DNA from: Mycobacterium leprae TN
GTDB lineage: Bacteria; Actinomycetota; Actinomycetes; Mycobacteriales; Mycobacteriaceae
Length of the DNA stretch: 32,000 bases
Reading direction: 5' to 3'
Assembly (NCBI RefSeq): GCF_000195855.1
Contig: NC_002677.1
Span: forward strand, 2,310,001-2,342,000
The notes under the pieces are model-generated. The model ran no database searches, was not told the origin of the DNA, and saw only the letters and a program-made list of their open reading frames with translations. The position numbers and the translations under genes were made by a program. Shown one piece after another: positions 12,141 to 21,009 of this stretch; the stretch's first letter is position 1; each line of letters begins with the position of its first letter.

Positions 12141-12198
12141 TAGAGATGGCGGTCTAGGTAAATCCCAGTTAGTTCCTTCGGACTAAATTTTTTGACGT

Positions 12199-13269
12199 TT
12201 ATCCGTGCCGGAACTCCACCACATCGCCGTCGGCCATCACGTAGTCCTTGCCTTCCGTTCGGACCTTACCTGCCGCCTTTGCTGCCGACATTGACCCGGT
12301 AGCGATCAGGTCGTCATACGACACGATCTCGGCTTTAATGAAACGCTTCTCGAAGTCGGTGTGAATCACCCCGGCTGCCTTCGACGCGGTATCGCCCTGA
12401 TGGATGGTCCATGCCCGCACCTCCTTTGGTCCCACCGTCAGAAAAGTCTGCAGCGCCAGCGTGCGGAAACCGGCGCGAGCCAGGGCATCGAGCCCCCGCT
12501 CGGTCTGCCCGATTGACTCGAGTAGCTCAGCGGCCGACTCGTCATCCAATTCAGCCAGCTCGGCCTCGATGGCGGCGTCCAAGAACACCGCATCCGCGGG
12601 CGCGACGAGCTGGCGCAGCTCAGCTACCCATGCGGCAGCGGTCAGCACTGCCTCGTCAGCATTGAAAACGTAGAGGAACGGTTTGTTGGTCAGCAGATTC
12701 AGCTCCCGCAGCGCAGATCCGTCTACACCGGCGGCGAATAACGTCGTCCCGACGTTTAACACCTGTTGTGCGTTGATTGCCGCGGCGTAGATGGGTTTGC
12801 GTTCCTTGTGGTTGCGAGCTTCTTTCTCCAGCCGCGGCAGAGCCCGCTCAAGGGTGTCCAGGTCAGCCAGGATCAATTCAGTATCGATAATCCCGATATC
12901 AGACTGGGGATCCACGCGTCCTGTGACATGTGTGATGTCGTCGCCGGAGAACACCCGAACCACTTGGCAGATTGCGTCGCATTCGCGGATATGGGCCAGA
13001 AACTTGTTACCAAGCCCGGCCCCCTCGGACGCACCCTTTACCAGGCCGGCAATGTCAACGAAGGTCACCTGGGCCGGCAGGATACGCTCCGATCCGAACA
13101 ACTCGGCTAGTTTGGCCAGCCGCGGATCAGGCAGGGAGACGACGCCCTCATTCGGTTCGATCGTTGCAAACGGATAGTTGGCAACCACCACATTGCTCCT
13201 GGTCAACGCGTTGAACAATGTCGACTTGCCGACGTTGGGTAGACCCACGATTCCCAAACTCAGGCTCAC
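12199..13269 (-). CDS. ychF: Ribosome-binding ATPase YchF (Obg-family GTP-binding protein)
   Basis: Intact 356-aa ORF with a GTG start. It has the G1 motif GIVGLPNVGKSTLFNALT, a conserved C-terminal TGS-like end (AWTIHQGDTASKAAGVIHTDFEKRFIKAEIV...GKDYVMADGDVVEFR), and full-length similarity to YchF. Confidence 0.95.
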   Translation of the reverse strand: MSLSLGIVGLPNVGKSTLFNALTRSNVVVANYPFATIEPNEGVVSLPDPRLAKLAELFGSERILPAQVTFVDIAGLVKGASEGAGLGNKFLAHIRECDAICQVVRVFSGDDITHVTGRVDPQSDIGIIDTELILADLDTLERALPRLEKEARNHKERKPIYAAAINAQQVLNVGTTLFAAGVDGSALRELNLLTNKPFLYVFNADEAVLTAAAWVAELRQLVAPADAVFLDAAIEAELAELDDESAAELLESIGQTERGLDALARAGFRTLALQTFLTVGPKEVRAWTIHQGDTASKAAGVIHTDFEKRFIKAEIVSYDDLIATGSMSAAKAAGKVRTEGKDYVMADGDVVEFRHG

Positions 13270-13319
13270 AGGGAACCAAGTCTAGAGTTCAGCTCAACAA
13301 TGGTCGGTCCCCGGCTGGG

Positions 13320-14552
13320 ATGGAACGCCCGAATGAATACATGGCACGCCAGAGGTCAATACTAAATAAAGTATTTACGGGCTTTTCGGCCTATTGCCGG
13401 TACGGTCAACATGTGTCGAAACAACAAGCTCGGTCAACAGTGGAATCTACCTACCGCTCAATCCTCCCGAATATCCCAGGTGTGCCGTGGTGGGCAGCCC
13501 TGCTTATCGCTACGACCGCGTCGGCGATCGGATATGCAATCGACGCGGGTAATACGGACCTGACCACTGTCTTCACCGGTTTTTACATTACGGGGTGCGT
13601 AGCAGCAGTGCTGGCGGTGCGGCAATCGGGACTGTTCACCGCAGTCATTCAGCCGCCGCTGATACTATTCTGTGCGGTACCCGCCGCCTACTGGCTGTTC
13701 CACGGCAGCAAGATCAAAAGTCTCAAGGACCTCCTGATCAACTGCGGCTATCCCCTTATTGAGCGTTTCCCGCTTATGTTAGGTACCGCCGGTAGTGTGC
13801 TGCTGATCGGCCTGGTCAGGTGGTTCTTTCAGCTAATGTACCGGACAACCGCATCGTCAAACAGCGAGGACGACACCGTTAGCAAGCCAAACTCTTTGAT
13901 CAGCGGCATCACTGCGGTACTGAACTCGATTCTCTGCATCTATTCCAACGACCAGAATCATCGGGCCAACCAAGACACCGCCGACACGGAGCTAATGCAT
14001 TCAGATCCTCCCCTGAGAACCCGACAAACAGCCCGGGACAATCGTTCCGCCCGAACCCACTCCGGACAGGCTCGACGTGTGGTGGAGTACACAAGCGAAC
14101 CGTTGGTCGAGCCCTGGCAGCACTCAAGCCAACGTTCCTCGGAGCAAGCCCGCGACTTTGACGCCGGCGAGTCACCTCGTCGATCACGTCGCCAACCTAC
14201 GCCGCAGAGTGATCCAGAGCTGCGTAGCCAGCCACCACGAGAAATCCGTCGAGACGCTTACGGACACCGCAGCGGTCCCTACGAGTGGCCGACCAACCAT
14301 AGCAGCCACTTGGAGCCATACAGAAGGTACAAGCAACCCGGACCACCCGAGCACTTCACTGAGCACGGGCAGCTCTACGAACGCTACAAGCAGCCGCGCC
14401 GTCGGGCCACACCACCCAGAGCAAGCAGCGTCAACCCGATCTCGCAGGTCCGCTACCGCGGGTCAACCGCCCGAGACGATCCTCGTGTCGACCGACAACG
14501 ATCCCAGACACCCCGCCGACCCGTGACCGAATCCTGGGAATTCGACGTTTGA
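13320..14552 (+). CDS. Membrane protein with a long disordered Arg/Pro/Gln/Ser-rich C-terminal tail (Rv1111c-like)
   Basis: The ORF is open from 13218, but that start overlaps ychF. The core begins at SILPNIPGVPWWAALLIATTASAIGYAIDAG and has about 4 TM helices up to ~13840. The start is uncertain; candidates are ATG 13320, ATG 13341 and GTG 13413. The AT-rich codons before 13413 argue for the later start. Confidence 0.7.
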   Translation: MERPNEYMARQRSILNKVFTGFSAYCRYGQHVSKQQARSTVESTYRSILPNIPGVPWWAALLIATTASAIGYAIDAGNTDLTTVFTGFYITGCVAAVLAVRQSGLFTAVIQPPLILFCAVPAAYWLFHGSKIKSLKDLLINCGYPLIERFPLMLGTAGSVLLIGLVRWFFQLMYRTTASSNSEDDTVSKPNSLISGITAVLNSILCIYSNDQNHRANQDTADTELMHSDPPLRTRQTARDNRSARTHSGQARRVVEYTSEPLVEPWQHSSQRSSEQARDFDAGESPRRSRRQPTPQSDPELRSQPPREIRRDAYGHRSGPYEWPTNHSSHLEPYRRYKQPGPPEHFTEHGQLYERYKQPRRRATPPRASSVNPISQVRYRGSTARDDPRVDRQRSQTPRRPVTESWEFDV

Positions 14553-14562
14553 GTCCGGTCGC

Positions 14563-15570
14563 TTAGTGCGCAGACCGGATCTCCCGGGGCAGCGCAAACA
14601 CCAGTGCCTCGTTGGCAGTCGTCACTGACTGAACCACATCGTAGCCGCGTTCAGCCAACCACTTCAGTACGCCTTGCACTAGTATATCGGGAACAGATGC
14701 CCCCGAGGTGACACCCACTGTCGTGACCCCGGCCAGCCACGCCGGGTCGATATCCTTGGCCCAGTCAACCAGGTACGCGGCACCAGCGCCGCTACCCATT
14801 GCCACCTCAACCAGTCGCACCGAATTCGAGGAATTTCGAGACCCGACGACGATGACCAGCTCGCACTCGGGAGCCATCGCCTTGACCGCGACCTGCCGGT
14901 TCTGGGTAGCATAGCAAATGTCGTCGCTAGGTGGGTCTTGCAACTTCGGGAAGCGCTGCCGCAACCGCTCGACGATCCGCATGGTCTCGTCCACCGACAG
15001 CGTGGTCTGTGACAACCAGACCACCTTGTTCTCGTCGCGAACCACTACCTGCTGCACAGCGGCCAGCCCGTCGACAAGTTGCACATGCGTGGGCGCCTCT
15101 CCGGCGGTTGCGATGACTTCCTCGTGGCCCTCATGCCCGATCAGCAGGATGTCATAATCGTTACGGGCGAACCGCTTGACCTCGTTGTGCACCTTGGTGA
15201 CAAGCGGACAAGTGGCGTCAATGGTCCGCAGATTCCGCTCGGCCGCGGCCGCATACACCGTTGGTGCGACCCCGTGAGCGGAGAAAATCACGATGGCGCC
15301 CTCGGGAACGTAGTCGGTCTCCTCGACAAAAACCGCACCGGCCCTTTCCAAGGTCTCGACCACGTGCCGGTTATGTACGATCTCATGGCGCACATAGACG
15401 GGGGGGCCATACTTCCGCAGCGACCGCTCGACCGTTTCGACGGCGCGATCCACCCCTGCGCAGTAGCCACGCGGTTCGGCCAACAGGACCCGTTTGCGCT
15501 TTAGGTTTTCAACTATTGACCTCGAAGCACCGGGAATTCCCATGTTCACAGTTGGCGGCATGCCCTTCAC
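14563..15570 (-). CDS. ispH: 4-hydroxy-3-methylbut-2-enyl diphosphate reductase
   Basis: Intact 335-aa ORF ([22 protein letters not shown]...[14 protein letters not shown]...FSAHGV...[10 protein letters not shown]...[10 protein letters not shown]...[12 protein letters not shown]). The start may be the ATG at 15561 ([11 protein letters not shown]). Confidence 0.95.
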   Translation of the reverse strand: MKGMPPTVNMGIPGASRSIVENLKRKRVLLAEPRGYCAGVDRAVETVERSLRKYGPPVYVRHEIVHNRHVVETLERAGAVFVEETDYVPEGAIVIFSAHGVAPTVYAAAAERNLRTIDATCPLVTKVHNEVKRFARNDYDILLIGHEGHEEVIATAGEAPTHVQLVDGLAAVQQVVVRDENKVVWLSQTTLSVDETMRIVERLRQRFPKLQDPPSDDICYATQNRQVAVKAMAPECELVIVVGSRNSSNSVRLVEVAMGSGAGAAYLVDWAKDIDPAWLAGVTTVGVTSGASVPDILVQGVLKWLAERGYDVVQSVTTANEALVFALPREIRSAH

Positions 15571-15738
15571 GTTACTTCCCGTCGATAGAGTACTTTATCT
15601 GCCTACCTAGACGGCGCCTGGGTTTGATTGAGTAGCGATCCGCTGCACCCGGCTCCGGCACACTTACGATCATCACTAACGCCGTCAGCTGGCACCAATG
15701 ACTTGGAGTTGGCCGTAGGTTAAGGCAGTCTTAGACGT

Positions 15739-16356
15739 ATGGCTACTGCACCGTATGGGGTTCGGCTTTTAGTCGGCGCTGCGACAGTCGCTGTCGAAGA
15801 GACGTTGAAGTTGCCGCGAACCGTCCTAATGTGCCCCATGACGTTGGCCAGTCAAGTGGCACACATTGTGATGAGATTCCAGCAGAACCTGGCTGGGCTG
15901 GTGACTAAGGGCGACGGCACCCTAGAGACGCTGTTTCCAGCGAAAAGCGAACAACCGGAGTGGGCCACGTTTGATGAGGACTTGACTGACACAGTCGACG
16001 AAACCCCCACCCCATTGCCCGTAGGTGATGTCATCGAGATCGATTGCCGATCCGAGGAACGATTCGCCTTGTACTCGGTGTCCGACACATCTGAGCCTGA
16101 GGACGCCGATTCGTTGACTCAGTCCATGCCCACCAGGCACGTGAAGAAGGCGGCGGCTAAGCTGATGGTTCATGCACCGGAAGTTGCCGACGATATCGAC
16201 TATCCGGCTCTGACCCTGGCCCAGCTACGGGGCAAGCTGCAATCGCTGGATCTTGGCGAGCTCGAAGCCCTGCTGGTTTACGAGCAGGCCACCAAGGCTC
16301 GTGCTCCGTTCCAGACGCTGCTCGCCAACAGGATCACCAGCACGACTGCGAAGTGA
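15739..16356 (+). CDS. Conserved hypothetical protein (Rv1109c-like)
   Basis: Intact 205-aa ORF ([21 protein letters not shown]...), acidic in the middle. Its stop overlaps the xseA GTG start in GTGA (16353-16356). It sits between ispH and xseA, as in M. tuberculosis. Confidence 0.7.
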   Translation: MATAPYGVRLLVGAATVAVEETLKLPRTVLMCPMTLASQVAHIVMRFQQNLAGLVTKGDGTLETLFPAKSEQPEWATFDEDLTDTVDETPTPLPVGDVIEIDCRSEERFALYSVSDTSEPEDADSLTQSMPTRHVKKAAAKLMVHAPEVADDIDYPALTLAQLRGKLQSLDLGELEALLVYEQATKARAPFQTLLANRITSTTAK

Positions 16357-17639
16357 CGGAAGCGGTGCCGACTGACTCAGTCGACTCGAAAGCCAGTTCA
16401 CAGGTAAATTCGGCCGAGAACCCGTTCCCAGTTCGCGCGGTGGCGCTCCGGATCGCGGGATGGATCGACAAGCTGGGCACTGTTTGGGTAGAGGGACAAT
16501 TGGCGCAAATCACCATGCGGCCCAACGCTAAGACCGTGTTCATGGTCTTACGTGACCCGGCTGCCGACATATCGCTGATTGTGACTTGCTCGCGCGACTT
16601 TGTGCTACGCGCGCCGGTGAAACTAGCCGAAGGCATTCAGGTAGTGGTATGCGGCAAACCCTCATTCTACATCGGGCGCGGAACATTTTCTTTGCGCCTC
16701 AGCGATATTCGCGCAGTCGGCATCGGAGAGCTGCTAGTACGCATCGATCGGCTACGCCGACTGTTGGACTCTGAGGGGCTCTTTGACCCACGGCTTAAAC
16801 GGCCGATACCCTTCCTGCCCAACATGATCGGGATCATCACTGGCCGGGCCAGCGCTGCCGAACGCGATGTAACAACCGTGGCTAGCGCGCGCTGGCCTGC
16901 GGCGCGTTTCGCTATCCGCAACACCGCTGTCCAGGGGCCCAACGCGGTGAGCCAGATTGTCGAGGCGTTGCGGGAACTTGATCGCAACGTTGATGTCGAG
17001 GTGATCGTGGTTGCCCGAGGTGGTGGCAGCGTCGAGGACCTGCTGACGTTTTCCGATGAAACGCTGTGCCGCGCGATCGCAGCGTGCCGCACGCCGGTGA
17101 TCAGCGCAGTCGGTCACGAACCCGACAACCCGCTATGCGATCTGGTCGCCGATCTGCGCGCCGCCACGCCCACCGACGCCGCCAAGAAAGTGGTCCCGGA
17201 TGCCGCTGTCGAGCAGCGACTGATCGAGGACTTGCAGCGGCGCAGCGCGCAGGCACTCCGCAATTGGGTATCCCGCGAGCAGCGGACGCTAGTCCAACTA
17301 CGCAGTCGCCCAGTGCTGGCTGAACCGCTGCGGACGCTGACGACGCGCTCCGAAGAAATTCACCGCGCCCAGTCGGCGATTCGCCGCGAGATCATTCGGC
17401 TGGTCACCACCGAGACCGAGCGGGTCGGTCATCTGGCCACGCAGCTAGCCACATTGGGCCCGGCAGCCACGTTGGCGCGCGGCTATGCCATAGTGCAAGC
17501 CTTGGAAGACGGGACGCAAACCGTTACTGCGGCAGTGCTGCGGTCAGTCGATGATGCACCCACAGGCACCAGACTGCGGGTGCGGGTCTCTGACGGCGCC
17601 ATAGTGGCAGTTAGTGAAGGACGGGCCGATGGTCCCTGA
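16353..17639 (+). CDS. xseA: Exodeoxyribonuclease VII large subunit
   Basis: Intact 428-aa ORF with an N-terminal OB-fold region ([24 protein letters not shown]) and a catalytic core ([15 protein letters not shown]...[20 protein letters not shown]...[27 protein letters not shown]). Confidence 0.92.
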   Translation: MTEAVPTDSVDSKASSQVNSAENPFPVRAVALRIAGWIDKLGTVWVEGQLAQITMRPNAKTVFMVLRDPAADISLIVTCSRDFVLRAPVKLAEGIQVVVCGKPSFYIGRGTFSLRLSDIRAVGIGELLVRIDRLRRLLDSEGLFDPRLKRPIPFLPNMIGIITGRASAAERDVTTVASARWPAARFAIRNTAVQGPNAVSQIVEALRELDRNVDVEVIVVARGGGSVEDLLTFSDETLCRAIAACRTPVISAVGHEPDNPLCDLVADLRAATPTDAAKKVVPDAAVEQRLIEDLQRRSAQALRNWVSREQRTLVQLRSRPVLAEPLRTLTTRSEEIHRAQSAIRREIIRLVTTETERVGHLATQLATLGPAATLARGYAIVQALEDGTQTVTAAVLRSVDDAPTGTRLRVRVSDGAIVAVSEGRADGP

Positions 17640-17892
17640 AGACGATACCGCCGCGATGCGCTCCACTACTCCTATTAATACTACACCTATTAATCAACTT
17701 GGCTATGAAGCTTGCCGAGACGAGCTGATCGAAGTTGTGCGACTCTTGGAACAGGGTGGGCTAAATCTCGATATGTCGCTGAAGCTTTGGGAAAGAGGAG
17801 AACAGCTCGCTAAAAGATGTGAAGAGCACTTAGATGGCGCTCGCCAGCGAGTCGCCGATGTGCTCTCCGCCAGGCAGGTCGAAGAAGCCTAA
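17629..17892 (+). CDS. xseB: Exodeoxyribonuclease VII small subunit
   Basis: The conserved core is [53 protein letters not shown]. The ATG at 17629 overlaps the xseA stop by 11 nt; the track start at 17614 is less likely. Confidence 0.9.
   Translation: MVPEDDTAAMRSTTPINTTPINQLGYEACRDELIEVVRLLEQGGLNLDMSLKLWERGEQLAKRCEEHLDGARQRVADVLSARQVEEA
17665..17694 (+). repeat. 15-bp in-frame tandem duplication inside xseB
   Basis: actactcctattaat (17665-17679) is followed directly by actacacctattaat (17680-17694), 14/15 identical. It encodes [10 protein letters not shown] and is AT-rich relative to its surroundings. Confidence 0.9.
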
Positions 17893-17942
17893 TGCCGATC
17901 AAATTAAAGACCGGTTTCCTTTAACTTAAACACGTGTCAGTT

Positions 17943-19073
17943 ATGCTTCGCGGCGTGGGTAACGCATCGTTGACGACCGAGCTCGGACGCGTCTTGGTCA
18001 CCGGCGGTTCGGGCTTCGTCGGCGCTAATCTGGTGACCGCCTTGCTGGAACGCGGATACCAGGTACGCTCTTTCGACCGCGCCCCGATGCCGCTGCCGCA
18101 GCACCCGCAGCTGGAGGTGCTGCAAGGTGACATCACCGACGCTACGGTCTGCACTACAGCGATGGACAGCATCGATACAGTCTTTCACACCGCGGCAATC
18201 ATCGAGCTAATGGGCGGCGCTTCGGTGACCGACGAGTATCGGCAGCGCAGCTACACGGTCAACGTGGGCGGTACCGAAAACTTGCTCCGCGCAGGACAAA
18301 AGTCCGGAGTCAAACGGTTCGTCTACACCGCATCCAACAGTGTGGTGATGGGGGGCACTCCCATCACCGGGGGTGATGAAACAATGCCCTATACCAAGCG
18401 GTTCAACGACCTGTACACCGAAACCAAAGTGGTCGCCGAAAAATTCGTACTCTCACAAAACGGCGTACCCGATGGTGAAACCATGCTAACATGTTCGATC
18501 AGACCCAGTGGCATATGGGGTCGCGGCGACCAGACAATGTTCCGTAAGGCATTCGAAAGTGTCGTATCCGGTCACGTCAAGGTACTCATCGGGAGTAAGA
18601 ACGCCAAACTGGATAACTCCTACGTGCACAACCTGGTGCACGGCTTAATCTTGGCTGCCGAGCACCTGGTCCCAGGCGGCACCGCACCTGGACAAGCCTA
18701 CTTCATCAACGATGGCGAGCCGATCAACTTCTTCGATTTCATGGGGCCAATCATCAAGGCGTGTGGTGAAAATTGGCCACGGGTGCGGATCTCCGGTCGG
18801 CTGGTGCGCAACGTGATGGCTGTGTGGCAGCGGCTACACTTCGGCTTCGGGCTTCCGAAGCCTCCGATGGAACCGCTTGCGGTAGAACGAGTTTACCTCG
18901 ACAACTACTTTTCCATCGAAAAGGCGCACAAAGAGCTGGGCTATCGGCCGCTGTTCACTACCGAACAGGCCATGGCTGAATGTCTACCTTACTACACAGA
19001 GTTATTCGAACAAATCAAGGTGGCTGCCAAGCCCCATTTGGCATCCATAGCCGCCACCCCGCGGCCCGAGTAG
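17943..19073 (+). CDS. 3-beta-hydroxysteroid dehydrogenase/isomerase family (cholesterol dehydrogenase, Rv1106c-like)
   Basis: Intact ORF with Rossmann motif VLVTGGSGFVGANLV and catalytic YTETK; it belongs to the NAD-dependent epimerase/3-beta-HSD family. The ATG at 17943 (MLRGVGNASLTTELGR) is preferred over the GTG at 17934. Confidence 0.9.
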   Translation: MLRGVGNASLTTELGRVLVTGGSGFVGANLVTALLERGYQVRSFDRAPMPLPQHPQLEVLQGDITDATVCTTAMDSIDTVFHTAAIIELMGGASVTDEYRQRSYTVNVGGTENLLRAGQKSGVKRFVYTASNSVVMGGTPITGGDETMPYTKRFNDLYTETKVVAEKFVLSQNGVPDGETMLTCSIRPSGIWGRGDQTMFRKAFESVVSGHVKVLIGSKNAKLDNSYVHNLVHGLILAAEHLVPGGTAPGQAYFINDGEPINFFDFMGPIIKACGENWPRVRISGRLVRNVMAVWQRLHFGFGLPKPPMEPLAVERVYLDNYFSIEKAHKELGYRPLFTTEQAMAECLPYYTELFEQIKVAAKPHLASIAATPRPE

Positions 19074-19149
19074 CGGGCGCACAAGCATTGAAACTGCAAG
19101 CTGTGCCAATATTTTCGGGTGGGTGCAACCGTTTAAGTGTAGCGGCAGC

Positions 19150-19990
19150 TCCGACGCATGAATGTGTTGCGCTACGTCCTCGGGCTTACCCTCAATGATC
19201 ATACGGATGATGATCACAGCCGAGTTTTTCGAGCTTGCGCCGCTGGTCCTGATCGCTGATGTACTGACCGGCGAGTTGGTGCGATGGTGATAGCCGTCAT
19301 ACTTGACAACCACCTTGTACTTCTACAAGACCATGTCGACAACGACAATCAGTCGCCAGTTTGGCTGCACAGGTATTTGCGTGGTGGGAATGGGCAGATA
19401 GGCGTCGATCAGCAGTAAGCGCAGCTACATCTCCTTGGGCGACGCGGCGCCCGGATCGGTCAGTGGCACCGTCGCGTGTAACCTACGCAGGCGCTCGCGC
19501 ACCCGGGTATCGCTTGGCTAGCAGCACGTCCTAGCTCGAATACGGCGTTGCCTGCATCAGTGTGTCGAGCCGCGTAACCGCCTTGCCGGTGGGCAATTGT
19601 ACGGCTAAGTCAAACGCCGTTTTTGCGCAAGTGGTCACCAGCAGACCGACGATACGGGTAATCTCGTCCGACTTGACTCGCTGATTACGGGTGATCACGC
19701 CGATCGGGGGATGTGGTTACGCCAGATCAATTCGATGGACTCATCGTCGTCATTACAATCCGAACCGTGCAGCGCCGCCGCGGCAAGACCGGCCAGGACG
19801 TCGCGTCGACCAGAACCACAACCACGCCCCAACCGAACACGTTCGCAGCGATGACGAGGTGCAATCCTGCAGATAAATATCGGGGTAGATCGCACGTAAC
19901 CCGGTTACATAACTGATACGTGCCTAGTCTACCCGGCCACACGGCCTAACGGCCCACAAAACGTTGTCCACAAAGGAAATGAAGTCACGA
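19150..19990 (-). pseudogene. DUF559/endonuclease-domain family protein, decayed; boundaries approximate
   Basis: The minus-strand translation matches the family pattern from the N-terminal to the C-terminal part: VLAGLAAAALHGS; ITRNQRVKSDEITRIVGLLVTTCAKTAFDLA; LTDPGAASPKEM*LRLLLIDAYLPIPTTQIPV; and L*KYKVVVKYDGYHHRTNSP...SAVIIIRMII. There are in-frame TAG stops and frame changes. The family assignment is from memory of the (E)YDGxxHR ... GWxVIR pattern. Confidence 0.72.
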
Positions 19991-20005
19991 CGGATCTGCA
20001 AGATT

Positions 20006-20061
20006 GTTGAATTGTACTTTGTGTGCATGTTCTGTTGTGGGGGTGGAGTAAAGGGTGGTGG
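20006..20061. repeat. Left arm of the 56-bp inverted repeat
   Basis: gttgaattgtactttgtgtgcatgttctgttgtgggggtggagtaaagggtggtgg. Its reverse complement matches 20880-20935 at 55/56 positions. Confidence 0.9.
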
Positions 20062-20879
20062 GTCAGTGTATTGGCGGGTCGGTGCGTCAGGTCGCAAAGG
20101 TCGGTATCGATGCCGTGGTGATGCGGGTATGAGAGTCGTTTCGAGGTCTTGGTCTCACGCTGGGGTTGTACAGCGATTCTGTGGTAGGGCGTTGTCTTGT
20201 GGTTGATCATGGCCGCAGTGATCACATCAGTGCTGTGGTCCTTGGATAGGTGTAGCAGCTGCACGAATCCGCTACTTGTGTTCGGCCAGGGCGCCGATTT
20301 GGGGGTCTAATTTTTGCCGATGATTACATCATCCGCCCAATGCTATGAGGTTAGAGCACCACACGGTCGTGTAGTTTTCGCGGGACGTGCACTGGTGGTG
20401 GCCATACCTAGAGAATAATGGTGGTGCCCGGTTTTAGCGTGCTGTGCCCTCAGCGTGCGGAACATCCACCCAGTGCGCACATGTTGGTTGAGCTTGGACT
20501 CGATGTTGAAGTGTTTTATAGGACACCTGCATCTTTCGGGCCGGTCGGGATAGGTTTTGGGCCAACACCCCCACAATTTGTTCGGGACTGTACTTCTTGG
20601 CCAGCACACATGTCTATCTCCGTACGCAGCTGCCCACAACGCTCACCTTGCCGGCCTTTAAAGCCACTGGGCCCACTGCATAGCTAAGCAATACAAGCTC
20701 AGTAACCCGATTGAGCGTCTTAGCCAGCATAGTTGGTGTCGAATCAGTGCAACCCCCAAAGCAACCCGCAAACACGCGGGCCCCACCCTTGCTGGTGATC
20801 TCACGCACGATCCCCACCCCCACCCAACCCAAACGAACGGTTAACGATCGATCACATCAACTCACAACACTGCAACACA

Positions 20880-20935
20880 CCGCCACCCTTTACTCCACCC
20901 CCACAACAGAACATGCACACAAAGTACAATTCAAC
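20880..20935. repeat. Right arm of the 56-bp inverted repeat
   Basis: ccgccaccctttactccacccccacaacagaacatgcacacaaagtacaattcaac. It has a single mismatch to the reverse complement of 20006-20061. Confidence 0.9.
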
Positions 20936-21009
20936 CCCGTCAATCCGAATACTCTACTTAGGCTTAAGGCAAAGTCCGAGTGAGGAATTCAATTCACCCA
21001 CTTACGGTC

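Larger units (their letters stand above)
20006..20935 (-). mobile_element. IS30-family insertion sequence relic (transposase pseudogene) bracketed by a 56-bp inverted repeat
   Basis: IS30 transposase signatures lie on the minus strand in shifting frames: LAKKYSPEQIVGVLAQ (SPEQI at 20575-20589); LNQHVRTGWMFR (about 20460-20490); ARPAKTTRPCGALTS*HWADDVIIGKN* (HWEGDLIIG-like, 20316-20342); and SGFVQLLHLSKDHSTDVITAAMI...QPQRE (TWDQGxE-like). There are several stops and frameshifts. The element is flanked by arms 20006-20061 and 20880-20935. Confidence 0.7.

Noticed and set aside
13218-13319. The extended start of the Rv1111c-like ORF, overlapping the ychF start by 52 nt on the opposite strand
   Set aside because: The first ~65 codons have no similarity to the conserved core and include AT-rich codons. 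The frame is simply open through the divergent promoter region.
15400-15406. A G7 homopolymer (C7 on the coding strand) inside ispH, as a possible slippage or phase-variation site
   Set aside because: It encodes the conserved GPP of KYGPPVYV in an essential gene with an intact frame. Nothing suggests a regulatory role.
19079-19115. A possible terminator hairpin after the 3-beta-HSD gene (gcacaagc ... agctgtgc followed by caatatttt)
   Set aside because: The stem is only 4+3 bp with a bulge and a 12-13-nt loop, and the T-tract is interrupted. This is too weak to report as a feature.
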